The notes under the pieces were generated by a model. It had not been told where the DNA came from and did no database searches. It saw only the letters and a list, made by a program, of their open reading frames with translations. Made by a program: the position numbers and the translations under genes. A stretch of DNA of 64,000 bases from Deltaproteobacteria bacterium. Lineage in GTDB: Bacteria; Bdellovibrionota_C; UBA2361; SZUA-149; JAITKM01. Of the stretch, positions 23,224 through 33,859 are shown in pieces (positions within the stretch are counted from its first letter, which is position 1; each line of letters starts with the position of its first letter). Location of the stretch: positions 973-64,972 of the forward strand of contig JAITKM010000018.1 in the NCBI GenBank assembly GCA_031278395.1. Direction: 5' to 3'.

Positions 23224-24371
23224 TGAAGATCGCTATTGTTGCACATTCAATTAATGGAATGACTGGTGCGGGACGTATTATTGCCGCCCAGACTGAGTTT
23301 TTAGCTAATAAAATGCAAGCCTTGAATAAAAAGGCAGAGCTGACAGTGATTAGTAATCAGATAAAACATCTTGATTTTGTAACTAATCCGTTGATCAAAG
23401 TGCGCCTGACCTTCCTGTGTTTTATACATACTAAGAATCGTCTGTTGCGCTTTAAAAAATTTGCTAACGCTTTAATCCAAACTGAAAAATATGATTTAGT
23501 CATAACTCATAATCAAGGCTCTGGAGATATTGCCTTTATTCATAATTTCTTTTATTTGCCGCCAAATTCTGGTCAGTCTGAACTCCCCAAACCTTTGCCC
23601 AAAAAATCAAGCAATAAAACAAATTCAAAAATTATCGTAGTTCCGTCTGAGCTGACAAAAAAATTATATTTACTAAAAGAAGGTCTTAATCAAGATGTTC
23701 GAGTTTTAATACCGGGAATTGATATTAAAAAATTTAATAAAGAACTCAAGCGCAAGAAAACAGAATTAAGGCGTAAATACGGTATTAGCGACAACTCTGA
23801 AAATCCGCCTTTTGTTATTAGTTTAATTACCTCAGGACAATTAGAAAACCGAGGGATAGAACAATTTTTAGAAGTTATCAAAAGATTGTCTAACGCTATA
23901 GAGAATATCGTGGTCATTGTAGTTGGTAATGTTACTTGGTATGCCAAACCTAAATTAAATTTTTATTTAAAACAGGCGCTGGCGCCCCGGGTTCGTTTTA
24001 AATATTTTAATAAAATTAGAGAAATTGAAGAGATTTATGCCGTAACGGATTTGATGATTTTTCCTTCAAGAAATGAAACATTTGGCATGGTCGTTGCGGA
24101 AGCTTTAGCTTGCAGTGTGCCAGTAATAACTAATCAAAATGTTGGAGCACATCAGATTTTATCTGATGTGCCGGAGTTTATCATGCCTTCCAGTGATAGT
24201 ATTCAAGAAATGTCAGAGTTAGCGCTCAAGTTGTATCAACAGCAGGCGTATTATGCTGGCATTTTTGAAAAACTTGCTGACAAAATAGTCGCCAATTATT
24301 CTTGGGAAAAACATTTGAACGATTTTTATAAAATTGTAGAAGAAGTCTTAATTAAGAAAAATAATATTTGA
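23223..24371 (+). CDS. Glycosyltransferase family 4
   Basis: FPSRNETFGMVVAEALACSVPVI motif and YSW near the C-terminus. ATG overlaps the upstream TAA. Confidence 0.88.
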   Translation: MKIAIVAHSINGMTGAGRIIAAQTEFLANKMQALNKKAELTVISNQIKHLDFVTNPLIKVRLTFLCFIHTKNRLLRFKKFANALIQTEKYDLVITHNQGSGDIAFIHNFFYLPPNSGQSELPKPLPKKSSNKTNSKIIVVPSELTKKLYLLKEGLNQDVRVLIPGIDIKKFNKELKRKKTELRRKYGISDNSENPPFVISLITSGQLENRGIEQFLEVIKRLSNAIENIVVIVVGNVTWYAKPKLNFYLKQALAPRVRFKYFNKIREIEEIYAVTDLMIFPSRNETFGMVVAEALACSVPVITNQNVGAHQILSDVPEFIMPSSDSIQEMSELALKLYQQQAYYAGIFEKLADKIVANYSWEKHLNDFYKIVEEVLIKKNNI

Positions 24372-24433
24372 CCATATAAATACTAATAGTTATAACGCAC
24401 ATTTTAATTTTATTAACTAATCTTAGTAAGAAT

Positions 24434-27400
24434 ATGCGAAAAATTATATTACTATTTTTGAGCTTAGGGTGGATATTTGTGAATGCTACGGCGGAGGCTA
24501 GTAGTGGTGCAACATTTATTACAGAAGAAAAAAAATCTCATAAATTCTTAAAAGAAGATTTGCCTCAGATTATACAAGACTGGGGCAAATGGAGCGTTGA
24601 CGGGAAAACTCCAAATAGTAATTGTGATTTTGCTTATGACGATTTTGAGCGCAAATACTGTTATTATATTGCGCGGTTGGAAGTTGAGGTAAATAAAACA
24701 ACCGTGCACTTCTCTCAAAAAGTTAAGACTTTAACTAAAGGCTATATTTCAGTGCCGGGGTCGGCTGAATTTTTTCCTAAACAGATATTAATTAATGGTA
24801 AAGAAACTAATATTATTTCACGCTCTGGAAATCCATATGTGTATTTGGAGTCAGGAACGTGGACGCTGGAAGGTATAATTAGCTCCAAACAAGATATCCG
24901 ATATTTAGTTATTCCAACTGGTGCTGCAGTGCTGCAAGTAGTAAAGTCTGGTGTAGTTCTTCCTAATCCGACCATCGAAAATGGTATCTTGCGTTTTGAA
25001 ACACAGGCAATTGACGAAACAAATGCAGCGGATAGTTTGAGTGTTTTTGTTTATCGTAAGCTCACCGATGATATACCGCTATTAATGACGGTGCGCTTAA
25101 ATTTAAATGTTACTGGTAAAGGTCGGGTAGAAAATCTAGGTAAAATTATACCTGAGAATTTTTCTCTGTCCGCCATTGATTCCCCAATTTCAGTTTATCT
25201 GCAAAAAGACGGGGCGTTAATTGCCGAAGTTAAAGCCGGCTATTTTCAAATTGATCTCAGCCTGCGCCAAAACACTGAAAGCTTAGATTTTGTTTTAGAT
25301 AATTCTCCAGTTGAACAAGAAATTTGGGTTTTGGAAAACGATAAATCCAGGCGCGTAATTCAAGCCCCCCAGACCTTAACCAGTGTTCAAACTCAAAATA
25401 TTCCAATGCCTGAAAACTGGAAAAAACTTCCGGCATATGAAGTGCGCCAAGGCGATCGGCTAACCTTAAAAGCTATTAATTATAATAATAAAAATCAGGA
25501 CGTCTTAACGCTGGTGCGTAATATTAAGCAGATGTTTGACGGCTCGTTTTATTCTATCGAGGATAAAATTAACGCCAAATTTAAAGAAGATGGCAGACTA
25601 CTACTTACACCAGTTTTAAAGTTTTATTCCTCCGAAATTAATGGGCTAGCGCAGGCTGTAACTTATACTTCAGTGCAGCCAGAGGCTGGCATTGAAGTGC
25701 GTTCGGGGTTAGCCAACATCACTAATGTTTTGCGCTCAAATAGTAGCGGAGATATTCCAGTAGCGGGATATAATCGCGAGTTTAGCAATGTCCTTTGGAA
25801 TTTAGCGTTAGCTCCGGGTTATCAACTGTTATTTGCTGCTGGGGCGGATACTGTCTCAAATTCGTGGATTACGGATTGGGATTTATTGGATGTATTTATC
25901 GTGGCGCTACTAACAATATGTTTTTATTATTTGTTTGGGGCTAAAAAAGCAGCTTGTGGGTTAGTATTATTTATTTTGTTGCATGCAGTCTTTTGGCAAT
26001 TTATTATCTTGTCTTTTGTTTTATGTGGCTTATTGTTTTTGCAAGACAAAATTAAATCTGATTTGGCAATTTATAAGGTAATTCTTTTTGTTCGTTATTC
26101 CTTGTTTAGCCTGCTTTTAATTGTGTCCTTTACGTTTGCCGTGGGGCATCTTCGAAGTGCAATCTACCCAACTTTAAGTAATAACCTGGCAAATTATATT
26201 TGGCTAATAGAAGGTGGTTTTCTAAGCTTTTTTTATCTGTGTTTTCTGCTGGCGTATTTTATATATCGCATATTTTCTAAGGAGCAACAGAATTTCTGGG
26301 AAAAACTTTTTAGAACGTCGGTAATATTATTGGTAGCTGCTTTGTTGATTTTTATTACAATTTTGCTAGTCGGCGATGGGTCAAGGTATAGTTCTAAAAA
26401 CGAACTTTCAAAATATAAAAAGAGAGAGGCTGCCGTCTCGGCTGCGTACGATGAAGTTTTTTACGAGCAAGGAGCTGCTAGAAGAAGCAATAACCTCTCT
26501 AATAAGGATAACTTGCAATATCAAAGTTTAAATGTAGTAAAAAATGTAGCCCAAACAGGAGTTGGTTTTCCGACTTGGAGTTTAGGAGGCACAATTCAGC
26601 TTGAGCTTAAAGGTCCAGTTAGTGAAAGTGATAATTTTAAACTTTACCTTTTAACGCCAACCCAGAATATAATTCTAGCGTTTATTTGTGTGATACTGGA
26701 GATTTTTGTGTTGTGTTGGTTGTTTAATTTTTCTAAATTCAAAGCTAGTTTAGGTAAAAATGGAAAAGAGGCGCTGCAACGGTTATTTATGATGGCTTTT
26801 GGGGGCTTAATGTTGTTAGCTCCAGTTACTGCTGTTCAAGCTGAGGGAGTTATTCCAACAAATACGATACTTGAGGAGATGGGCGCAAAACTTACGAGAG
26901 AGTCTGTGCCATCCTGCCTGCCAGAGTGTGTTTCAATTCCAACTGGAGTTGTGCAGAATGTAGGTAACGACTTAACATTAATTATTGATTTTCACAGTAA
27001 TGCCCAATTAGTCGCGCCACTGCCAACACTTAGAACTGATGGTGCGGGATTGGTGCAACTAAAATCTATTTTGATTAATGGCGAACCTGCTTTGAATATT
27101 TTGCAAGAGACTAGTGGTGTTTTTGCTTTGCTTAATAAGGGGATTAATCAAGTCGAGATGCATTATAGTTTAGCTCAGAATGTTACGAATTTTATTTTAT
27201 TATCTCAGGTCAAATTAAATTCTCTTGAAAATAAGTTAGTAGGATTCACGCTAGATGAAAATAGTTCGGATAATCAAACTTTTCGGATTAATCGGGTTGA
27301 AAAGCTGACTGCCGCAGAAAAAATGGAGTTTGAAAAAAGCTCTGAACTATCGCGAATGAACATTGAAACTTTTTTTGTGGTGGAGCGTAATTTTGATATT

Positions 27401-28669
27401 CAGGCTCTTTGGAAAGTCGTAACTAGAGTAGTGCGAACTAATAATTTATCTTCTGCAGCCACACTTGAAATTCCGCTACTGGTAGGCGAACAGGTAATAG
27501 CTACTACCGGCACGTTGTCCAAAGATAAGCTTAAAATTTCTTTTGCTCCAACTGAGGAGGTCAAAGTTTTTGAATCGTTACTGCCAGTGGAGCAGGATAT
27601 TAGTTTGTTCTCTCCGGTTGTAATTGAGAATTATAAAGAAGAGTGGAGTTTTAATGTTGATTATGCGTGGAGTTTTAAATATTCAGGTTTAAATCCAATA
27701 AATTCTGCTGACAATAAGCTTAGATTTAAACCTAATGCAGGCGAAGCCTTAGAGTTTAAAATTTTTAGACCAACCAATATTGAAGGTTATGTAATAACCT
27801 TTGATAAGGTGGACTATAATGTTTCATATGGGCGGGGAGTAGTTACAGGGGATTTGAGGTTTGAGTTAAGGTCTGCGGATGCGGGAACTCATGAGATAAG
27901 AATTCCAAGCTTGGCTGAAATTAAAGATTTGAGGGTCAATGGACAGCCGTACCCAGTAACTCTGGTGGAAGATAAATTAACAATTCCAGTTGTGCAGGGG
28001 ACGAATCAGGTAGCCTTTAAGGTTGAGATGAAGAGCCAAATGAAAACAGTGATGGAGTTTCCACAGTTTGATCTTGGCGCTCCAGCGGTTAATATTACAC
28101 AGAATGCGTCGATGCCGTTTAGTCGATGGGTGTTGTTTGTTTCTGGTCCGTTAAAGGGTCCGGTGGTTTTGTTTTGGAGTATGTTACCAGCTTGGTTAAT
28201 TGTGGCTTTTGTTTTAAGTCGTTTTAAAGCGATACCTGTATCATTTAGCCAGTGGTTTATTTTGTTATTAGGTTTAACTCAAAGTAGTGTGAGTTTAGTA
28301 ATGGTAATTATTTTATGGTTTGTGGTGTTGGGAGTGCGGGATAAATTTTTCACTCAACCAAAATTTAATAAATTATTTCAAATAGGAATCCCACTTTTAA
28401 CCTTGTTGTTTATTGGTAGTTTATTTGAAGGAATCTATAATGGATTACTTGGAACGTGGAACATGGAAATTATCGGCAATGTTTATAAATATAGTTCATA
28501 TTTGCAGTTGCAATGGTATCAAGATGCTGTCTTAGGCAACTTGCCGTCTATAAAAATTATCTCTTTTCCAGTTTGGGTTTACAGGATGTTGATGGTTGTT
28601 TGGTCAATGTGGTTAGCTATTTATTTTGTAAAATGGATAAATTGGGGAAGTAAGATTTATTTTAAGTAA
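24434..28669 (+). CDS. Large (1411 aa) uncharacterised integral membrane protein with two beta-rich extracytoplasmic modules
   Basis: Signal peptide, about 470-aa beta-rich region, TM bundle, second related beta-rich region, C-terminal TM bundle. Confidence 0.8.
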   Translation: MRKIILLFLSLGWIFVNATAEASSGATFITEEKKSHKFLKEDLPQIIQDWGKWSVDGKTPNSNCDFAYDDFERKYCYYIARLEVEVNKTTVHFSQKVKTLTKGYISVPGSAEFFPKQILINGKETNIISRSGNPYVYLESGTWTLEGIISSKQDIRYLVIPTGAAVLQVVKSGVVLPNPTIENGILRFETQAIDETNAADSLSVFVYRKLTDDIPLLMTVRLNLNVTGKGRVENLGKIIPENFSLSAIDSPISVYLQKDGALIAEVKAGYFQIDLSLRQNTESLDFVLDNSPVEQEIWVLENDKSRRVIQAPQTLTSVQTQNIPMPENWKKLPAYEVRQGDRLTLKAINYNNKNQDVLTLVRNIKQMFDGSFYSIEDKINAKFKEDGRLLLTPVLKFYSSEINGLAQAVTYTSVQPEAGIEVRSGLANITNVLRSNSSGDIPVAGYNREFSNVLWNLALAPGYQLLFAAGADTVSNSWITDWDLLDVFIVALLTICFYYLFGAKKAACGLVLFILLHAVFWQFIILSFVLCGLLFLQDKIKSDLAIYKVILFVRYSLFSLLLIVSFTFAVGHLRSAIYPTLSNNLANYIWLIEGGFLSFFYLCFLLAYFIYRIFSKEQQNFWEKLFRTSVILLVAALLIFITILLVGDGSRYSSKNELSKYKKREAAVSAAYDEVFYEQGAARRSNNLSNKDNLQYQSLNVVKNVAQTGVGFPTWSLGGTIQLELKGPVSESDNFKLYLLTPTQNIILAFICVILEIFVLCWLFNFSKFKASLGKNGKEALQRLFMMAFGGLMLLAPVTAVQAEGVIPTNTILEEMGAKLTRESVPSCLPECVSIPTGVVQNVGNDLTLIIDFHSNAQLVAPLPTLRTDGAGLVQLKSILINGEPALNILQETSGVFALLNKGINQVEMHYSLAQNVTNFILLSQVKLNSLENKLVGFTLDENSSDNQTFRINRVEKLTAAEKMEFEKSSELSRMNIETFFVVERNFDIQALWKVVTRVVRTNNLSSAATLEIPLLVGEQVIATTGTLSKDKLKISFAPTEEVKVFESLLPVEQDISLFSPVVIENYKEEWSFNVDYAWSFKYSGLNPINSADNKLRFKPNAGEALEFKIFRPTNIEGYVITFDKVDYNVSYGRGVVTGDLRFELRSADAGTHEIRIPSLAEIKDLRVNGQPYPVTLVEDKLTIPVVQGTNQVAFKVEMKSQMKTVMEFPQFDLGAPAVNITQNASMPFSRWVLFVSGPLKGPVVLFWSMLPAWLIVAFVLSRFKAIPVSFSQWFILLLGLTQSSVSLVMVIILWFVVLGVRDKFFTQPKFNKLFQIGIPLLTLLFIGSLFEGIYNGLLGTWNMEIIGNVYKYSSYLQLQWYQDAVLGNLPSIKIISFPVWVYRMLMVVWSMWLAIYFVKWINWGSKIYFK

Positions 28670-28709
28670 CGCAGCACAGGTAGCGCAAGCAATCAAGAGT
28701 AACTTTAGT

Positions 28710-29021
28710 GGAGCCTGGAAGTGGGTGATAGATAAGGAGTTTATTGATGATCAATTGCCTAACGGTGGTGGCTTTTTGGTAGGCGAGATAACTTCAACTT
28801 TAAATTGCACGGATTATCAATCAAGGCGGCTCAACATAAAATACCAATTAAAAGACACTAGCAAGACAGAATACGTATATATGTTAAACGGAACAGCCTT
28901 TGCTGTGTCGAGAACACTGCTTTTAATTCTTGAAAACTATCAGCAAGAAGATGGTAGTATTAGCCTTCCAAAAGTTTTACAACCATATTTAGGATTTGAT
29001 GTAATAAAATGGAAAAGCTAA
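28710..29021 (+). pseudogene. serS: Chimeric fragment: unknown GxW-motif gene piece fused in frame to the C-terminal ~80 aa of seryl-tRNA synthetase
   Basis: GEITSTLNCTDYQSRRLNIKY...LNGTAFAVSRTLLLILENYQQEDGSI.LPKVLQPY matches SerS motif 3 and C-terminus. 28710-28781 aligns with 50439-50510. Confidence 0.8.
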
Positions 29022-29078
29022 ATTTTTAATTTTTCAATGTTGTTTAATAAGTATGGCGAAGAATAAAAAGGATTATAC

Positions 29079-29888
29079 CTAAACATTCAAGACCTCAGGC
29101 ACAGAATAAAGACCGGGTGTTTTAATAGTTAAGAGGTTTTCAGCCAGACGTAATGCTCCATTAGCAAAAATTCTGCGGCTGGTCGCAACATGTCGTATTT
29201 CAAGGCGCTCATCTTCTCCAAGGAAATATACGGTATGCTCACCAGCCACATTACCCCCGCGAATAGCTTGGATACCTAATTCACCCGGACAGCGAGTTGT
29301 GGCATTGCCAGTTCTGCCAATTTTTTTTCTTGAATCAAAATCTTGCTTTGTAGTAGCTTTGGCATTTAGTGCCTCGACAATCGTCTTACCCAAAGCTAGC
29401 GCAGTCCCGCTTGGAGCATCTTTTTTTCGATTATGATGAATTTCAGAAATTTCAATATCAAAACTTTCATCCAATATTTCACAACTTAGTTTTAATAACT
29501 TATGCATGACCGCAATCCCTAAACTTGTATTGTTAGCTTGTAACACCGGCACAACCGAACTTGCCCCAGCCAAGTATTCATCTATACTTGCATCCAACCC
29601 CGTAGAACAAATTAAGGCAGGGATTTTTTGTTCTGCCGCAATACTTAAAGCTACTTTCGCCCCAGCCAACGACGAGAAATCAACAATCACATTCGCCGCG
29701 CTATATTGTTTGTTCCACTTATCAGTTAGCGGAAACTCTATGCCAGCAATCTGAGTATGCAGCGCCAAATCTTCCGCCGCTATAATGCCGCCAATTATTT
29801 TATGCTTTCCTGAATGCTTCACCGCTGCAATCACTTCGTGACCCATCCCTCCGGTTGCTCCAACTAATAATAGATTTAAGTTTGCCAT
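29079..29888 (-). CDS. dapB: 4-hydroxy-tetrahydrodipicolinate reductase
   Basis: GATGGMG, EIHHNRKKDAPSGTA, RGGNVAGEHTV, FANGAL. Confidence 0.95.
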   Translation of the reverse strand: MANLNLLLVGATGGMGHEVIAAVKHSGKHKIIGGIIAAEDLALHTQIAGIEFPLTDKWNKQYSAANVIVDFSSLAGAKVALSIAAEQKIPALICSTGLDASIDEYLAGASSVVPVLQANNTSLGIAVMHKLLKLSCEILDESFDIEISEIHHNRKKDAPSGTALALGKTIVEALNAKATTKQDFDSRKKIGRTGNATTRCPGELGIQAIRGGNVAGEHTVYFLGEDERLEIRHVATSRRIFANGALRLAENLLTIKTPGLYSVPEVLNV

Positions 29889-29889
29889 T

Positions 29890-30780
29890 TTAGATTTTCC
29901 CCAATTGTGACATTTCAAATTTTACTTTGGCGTAGTTTTCGACACTTAAAGAAACCAAAGGTAATCGCAAAGTTTGCCTACATAGACCTAACATAGATAA
30001 TGCCGCCTTGAGCGGGGCAGGGTTAGTTTCTACAAACAAAACGTTAATCAAGTCCATAAGTTTATAATGGATTTTTAAAGCGGCTTGAAAATCATTCTGG
30101 CTAACATAATCAAACATTGCTCGATATTCTTTGCCTAAAATATGAGCTGTCGCAGAAATTGCGCCGTCTCCACCCAAAACTAAATTAGTATAAGTATAAA
30201 GATCATCTCCAGTCCAAACGTAAAAATATTTTGAGTTTTTTCGCACTGCCCTAATAATCTGCATAGTTTGTTTTAAATCGCCGCAACAATCTTTTAAACC
30301 AATAATATTTTCAATCTTGGCAAGCTCGACTATGGTTTCTGGCGTGATATTAATTCCTGTTCGTCCTGGAATATTATAAATAATCAGCGGGAGTTTGGTG
30401 TTTTTAGCCAGTTCTTCGTAGTGTTTTAAAATGCCGCGCATATTCGGTTTGTTGTAATAAGGCGCCACCACTAAAGCTCCAGCTATTTCTAAAGCTTCAC
30501 ACTCTTGAAGTAGCTCGATAGTTTTAGCCGTTGAGTTAGTTCCAGCTCCAGCAATAATTGGTACCCGTTCGTTAGCTTCTTGCTTAACAATTTTTATAAC
30601 TTTGAAAAATTCTTCTGGTGTCAAGGTAGGTGATTCTCCAGTTGTGCCGCAAGGAACCAATGCTGTAGCAAGTTGTTCTGCTATACAATAATTAGTCAGT
30701 TTGCGTAGGCTTGCCTCGTCAATTGAATAGTCGTCAGCAAACGGTGTAATAATTGGAATATGAAAACCACGAAGTTGCAT
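29890..30780 (-). CDS. dapA: 4-hydroxy-tetrahydrodipicolinate synthase
   Basis: GTTGESPTL, PYYNKP, YNIPGRTG, GLKD, ETNPAPLK. Confidence 0.95.
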   Translation of the reverse strand: MQLRGFHIPIITPFADDYSIDEASLRKLTNYCIAEQLATALVPCGTTGESPTLTPEEFFKVIKIVKQEANERVPIIAGAGTNSTAKTIELLQECEALEIAGALVVAPYYNKPNMRGILKHYEELAKNTKLPLIIYNIPGRTGINITPETIVELAKIENIIGLKDCCGDLKQTMQIIRAVRKNSKYFYVWTGDDLYTYTNLVLGGDGAISATAHILGKEYRAMFDYVSQNDFQAALKIHYKLMDLINVLFVETNPAPLKAALSMLGLCRQTLRLPLVSLSVENYAKVKFEMSQLGKI

Positions 30781-31120
30781 ATATTTTGAGTTATTTAAGT
30801 AATAATAAGATAGCTACCTGCTGCGCTTTTTAACGTAAAAAATTAATTAAAAATTAATGAAGAAGCTAAAAAAAACACGCATTTTGTATAAAAATTTCTA
30901 TGAAAATGCAACAAGTTTAGTTTAAACGATAAAAAAGGTGGCTGTATTTTTAGATAAATAAAATCGTTCTTATGGCTTCATGCTCGGCAATAAGCATATT
31001 TTTAAAACTTAGGTATAGAAAAAAAATTTTTTTTTCGCTATGAGCTCTCCGCTTGTTAATTCTTTCTATACAAGAAATTTTTAATACTAACTATCTTATC
31101 AAATATAAGGAGATGTTTTT

Positions 31121-33859
31121 ATGGCAAATGCAAAACGATGGGTTTATTTATTTACTGATGTCAAAGAAGCTGAAAGCTATGTGAACGAAGATTGGGAAAA
31201 AGTTCGAGGATTACTTGGTGGTAAGGGCGCTAATTTGGCTGAGATGACGCGTCTGGGACTGCCAGTGCCTCCCGGCTTTACAGTTACAACCGAAGGTTGC
31301 AATGCCTACTCGGCTGCGGGCGCATTTCCTGAAGGTATGTGGGAGCAAATGTTAGAAGCTTTGGGCGTGCTTACTCAACAAACAGGCGGAAAAAAACTTG
31401 GCGATCCTAAAAACCCGCTATTAGTTTCCTGTCGTTCGGGCGCAAAATTTTCTATGCCCGGCATGATGGACACGGTGCTTAATGTTGGTCTTAATGACGA
31501 AACCGCAGAAGGCATGGTGCAGCTTACGAAAAATCCGCGCTTTGTCTATGATTCATATCGTCGTTTAGTCGAAATGTTCGGAACTGTAGTTTTTGAAATA
31601 CCAGATGAAGCTTTTCACGACTATTTAAAAGAATATAAAGGTCAAAAGGGCTACAAATCAGATACTGAAATGTCCGCCGACGATTGGAAAGTTATTTTAG
31701 CCTACTACAAAGATGTAGTTAAAAAACATAAAAATTTTGATTTTCCTCAAGATCCGTATCAACAAGTTAAATTAGTTTCTGAGGCAGTGTTTAAATCTTG
31801 GAACGGAAAACGGGCGATCGACTACCGCCGCGCAACAAATATTCCTGACGATTTAGGAACAGCGGTGAATATCGTAACTATGGTGTTTGGAAATATGGGC
31901 GACGATTCTGGAACTGGCGTAGTGTTCACTCGAAATCCCGCAACTGGCGAAAACGTCTTGTATGGCGATTATTTACTTAACGCCCAAGGCGAGGATGTTG
32001 TAGCCGGAATTCGCAATACTTCGAAAATTGCCAACCTAATTAAAGAATTGCCAGAATCTGCCAAACAACTTGATGAGATTATCAAAAAGCTTGAAAAACA
32101 TTTCAAGGATATGCAGGATGTTGAGTTCACAATTGAACGTAACCGGCTTTACATGCTGCAAACTCGAAACGGCAAGCGCACCTCGCAAGCCGCAGTGCGC
32201 GTGGCTGTGGATATGGTAGACGAAGGTTTAATTAGCAAGGAAGAGGCACTTAGACGCGTGCGTCCTGAAGATATCGACGCGCTGTTACATCCACAGTTTG
32301 ATCTTGAGGAAAAGAAAAAAGCTCAAGCTAACGGATCGCTGCTAGCAAAGGGCGTGAATGCTTCGCCAGGTGCCGCGGTGGGGCAGATTTATTTTTCAGC
32401 TGACAAAGCCGAGCAAATGGCAAAAGAGCATAAGCAAAAAGTTATCATGGTGCGTCCATTTACCAAGCCTGATGATGTGCATGGTATGTTGGCTGCAGAA
32501 GGTGTGTTGACTAGTGAAGGCGGGGCTACTAGCCATGCTGCGGTAGTTGCCAGACAATTTGGCGTTTGTTGTGTTGTGGGCGCAGAGGCGATTAAGATTG
32601 ATTTGGAAAAGAAAACTATGACCGCAGGTGGAAAAACTTTAAAGGAAGGAGATTGGATTTCAGTTGATGGTAATACTGGCGAAGTATTTGTCAGACCAAT
32701 TCCAACTAAAGTGCCAGACTTTGACAAGCAAGGTGATTTATTAACACTGCTTAACTGGGCTGATGAAATTTCAGCAAGCAACGTGCGTTCTGGAGAAAAT
32801 AATACGCCTAAGTGTGGTTTAATGGTTTGGGCAAATGCAGATTCTCCGCTGGACGCCAAACGCGCTAGAGCATATGGAGCAAAGGGGATTGGCTTGTGTC
32901 GAACAGAGCATATGTTTTTTGCTCCCGAAAGGCTGCCAATTGTGCAGAAAATGATTTTAGCCAAAACTTCTGCTGAGCGAATAGCCGCTTTGGATGAGTT
33001 GTTGCCATTCCAGCGTAATGATTTTACTGGGTTGTTTGAAGAGATGGACGGTTTGGCTGTTATTATCCGCTTGATTGATCCGCCGTTACACGAGTTCTTA
33101 CCACATTTAGAGAAATTAATTGAAGAGGTAGCAACTTTAAAAGCTAAGGGTGAAACCAAAGGCTTAATCGAAAAAGAAGCTATGCTGGCTAATGCGAAGC
33201 GCTTGCATGAACAAAATCCAATGATGGGGCTGCGTGGCGTCCGTTTAAGTATTGTCATGCCAGAAATAGTTCAGATGCAGGTCAAGGCGATTTTTGAAGC
33301 TGCTGCAGATTGTGCGAAGAAAGGCATTAAAGTTTTTCCTGAAATAATGATTCCGCTAACTGGGCATGTTAATGAGTTAAAGGTAATTCAACCTAAACTT
33401 GAGGATATAGCTAGTGCAGTCATGAAAACTAAGGGAGTTAAGTTCGCTTATAAATTTGGCAGTATGATTGAGATTCCTCGTGCGGCGCTGACCGCTGGAG
33501 AAATTGCCTCGTTAGCTGAGTTCTTCTCTTTTGGAACAAACGATTTAACCCAGATGACTTTTGGTTATAGTCGTGATGACGCTGAGGCTAGTTTCTTACT
33601 TGAATATGTAGAGAGAGGAATTTTGCCTAAGAATCCGTTCCAAACTTTGGATAATGATGGTGTTGGACGCTTAATTCGTCTGGCAGCAGTAGAGGGACAT
33701 AAAGTTCGTCCAGAGTTGGAGGTTGGAATTTGTGGCGAGCATGGTGGTGATCCAGAGTCTATTAAGCTGTGTTTTGATGCAGGCTTGAACTATGTAAGTT
33801 GTTCGCCATTTCGTGTGCCAGTAGCTCGGCTAGCTGCCGCGCACGCCGCATTGAAATAG
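31121..33859 (+). CDS. ppdK: Pyruvate, phosphate dikinase
   Basis: LLGGKGANLAEM, SMPGMMDT, GGATSHAAVVAR, FSFGTNDLTQ, GICGEHGG. Confidence 0.97.
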   Translation: MANAKRWVYLFTDVKEAESYVNEDWEKVRGLLGGKGANLAEMTRLGLPVPPGFTVTTEGCNAYSAAGAFPEGMWEQMLEALGVLTQQTGGKKLGDPKNPLLVSCRSGAKFSMPGMMDTVLNVGLNDETAEGMVQLTKNPRFVYDSYRRLVEMFGTVVFEIPDEAFHDYLKEYKGQKGYKSDTEMSADDWKVILAYYKDVVKKHKNFDFPQDPYQQVKLVSEAVFKSWNGKRAIDYRRATNIPDDLGTAVNIVTMVFGNMGDDSGTGVVFTRNPATGENVLYGDYLLNAQGEDVVAGIRNTSKIANLIKELPESAKQLDEIIKKLEKHFKDMQDVEFTIERNRLYMLQTRNGKRTSQAAVRVAVDMVDEGLISKEEALRRVRPEDIDALLHPQFDLEEKKKAQANGSLLAKGVNASPGAAVGQIYFSADKAEQMAKEHKQKVIMVRPFTKPDDVHGMLAAEGVLTSEGGATSHAAVVARQFGVCCVVGAEAIKIDLEKKTMTAGGKTLKEGDWISVDGNTGEVFVRPIPTKVPDFDKQGDLLTLLNWADEISASNVRSGENNTPKCGLMVWANADSPLDAKRARAYGAKGIGLCRTEHMFFAPERLPIVQKMILAKTSAERIAALDELLPFQRNDFTGLFEEMDGLAVIIRLIDPPLHEFLPHLEKLIEEVATLKAKGETKGLIEKEAMLANAKRLHEQNPMMGLRGVRLSIVMPEIVQMQVKAIFEAAADCAKKGIKVFPEIMIPLTGHVNELKVIQPKLEDIASAVMKTKGVKFAYKFGSMIEIPRAALTAGEIASLAEFFSFGTNDLTQMTFGYSRDDAEASFLLEYVERGILPKNPFQTLDNDGVGRLIRLAAVEGHKVRPELEVGICGEHGGDPESIKLCFDAGLNYVSCSPFRVPVARLAAAHAALK

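Noticed and set aside
30781-31120. Lysine riboswitch upstream of dapA
   Set aside because: The region is AT-rich divergent promoter DNA without the conserved riboswitch stems.
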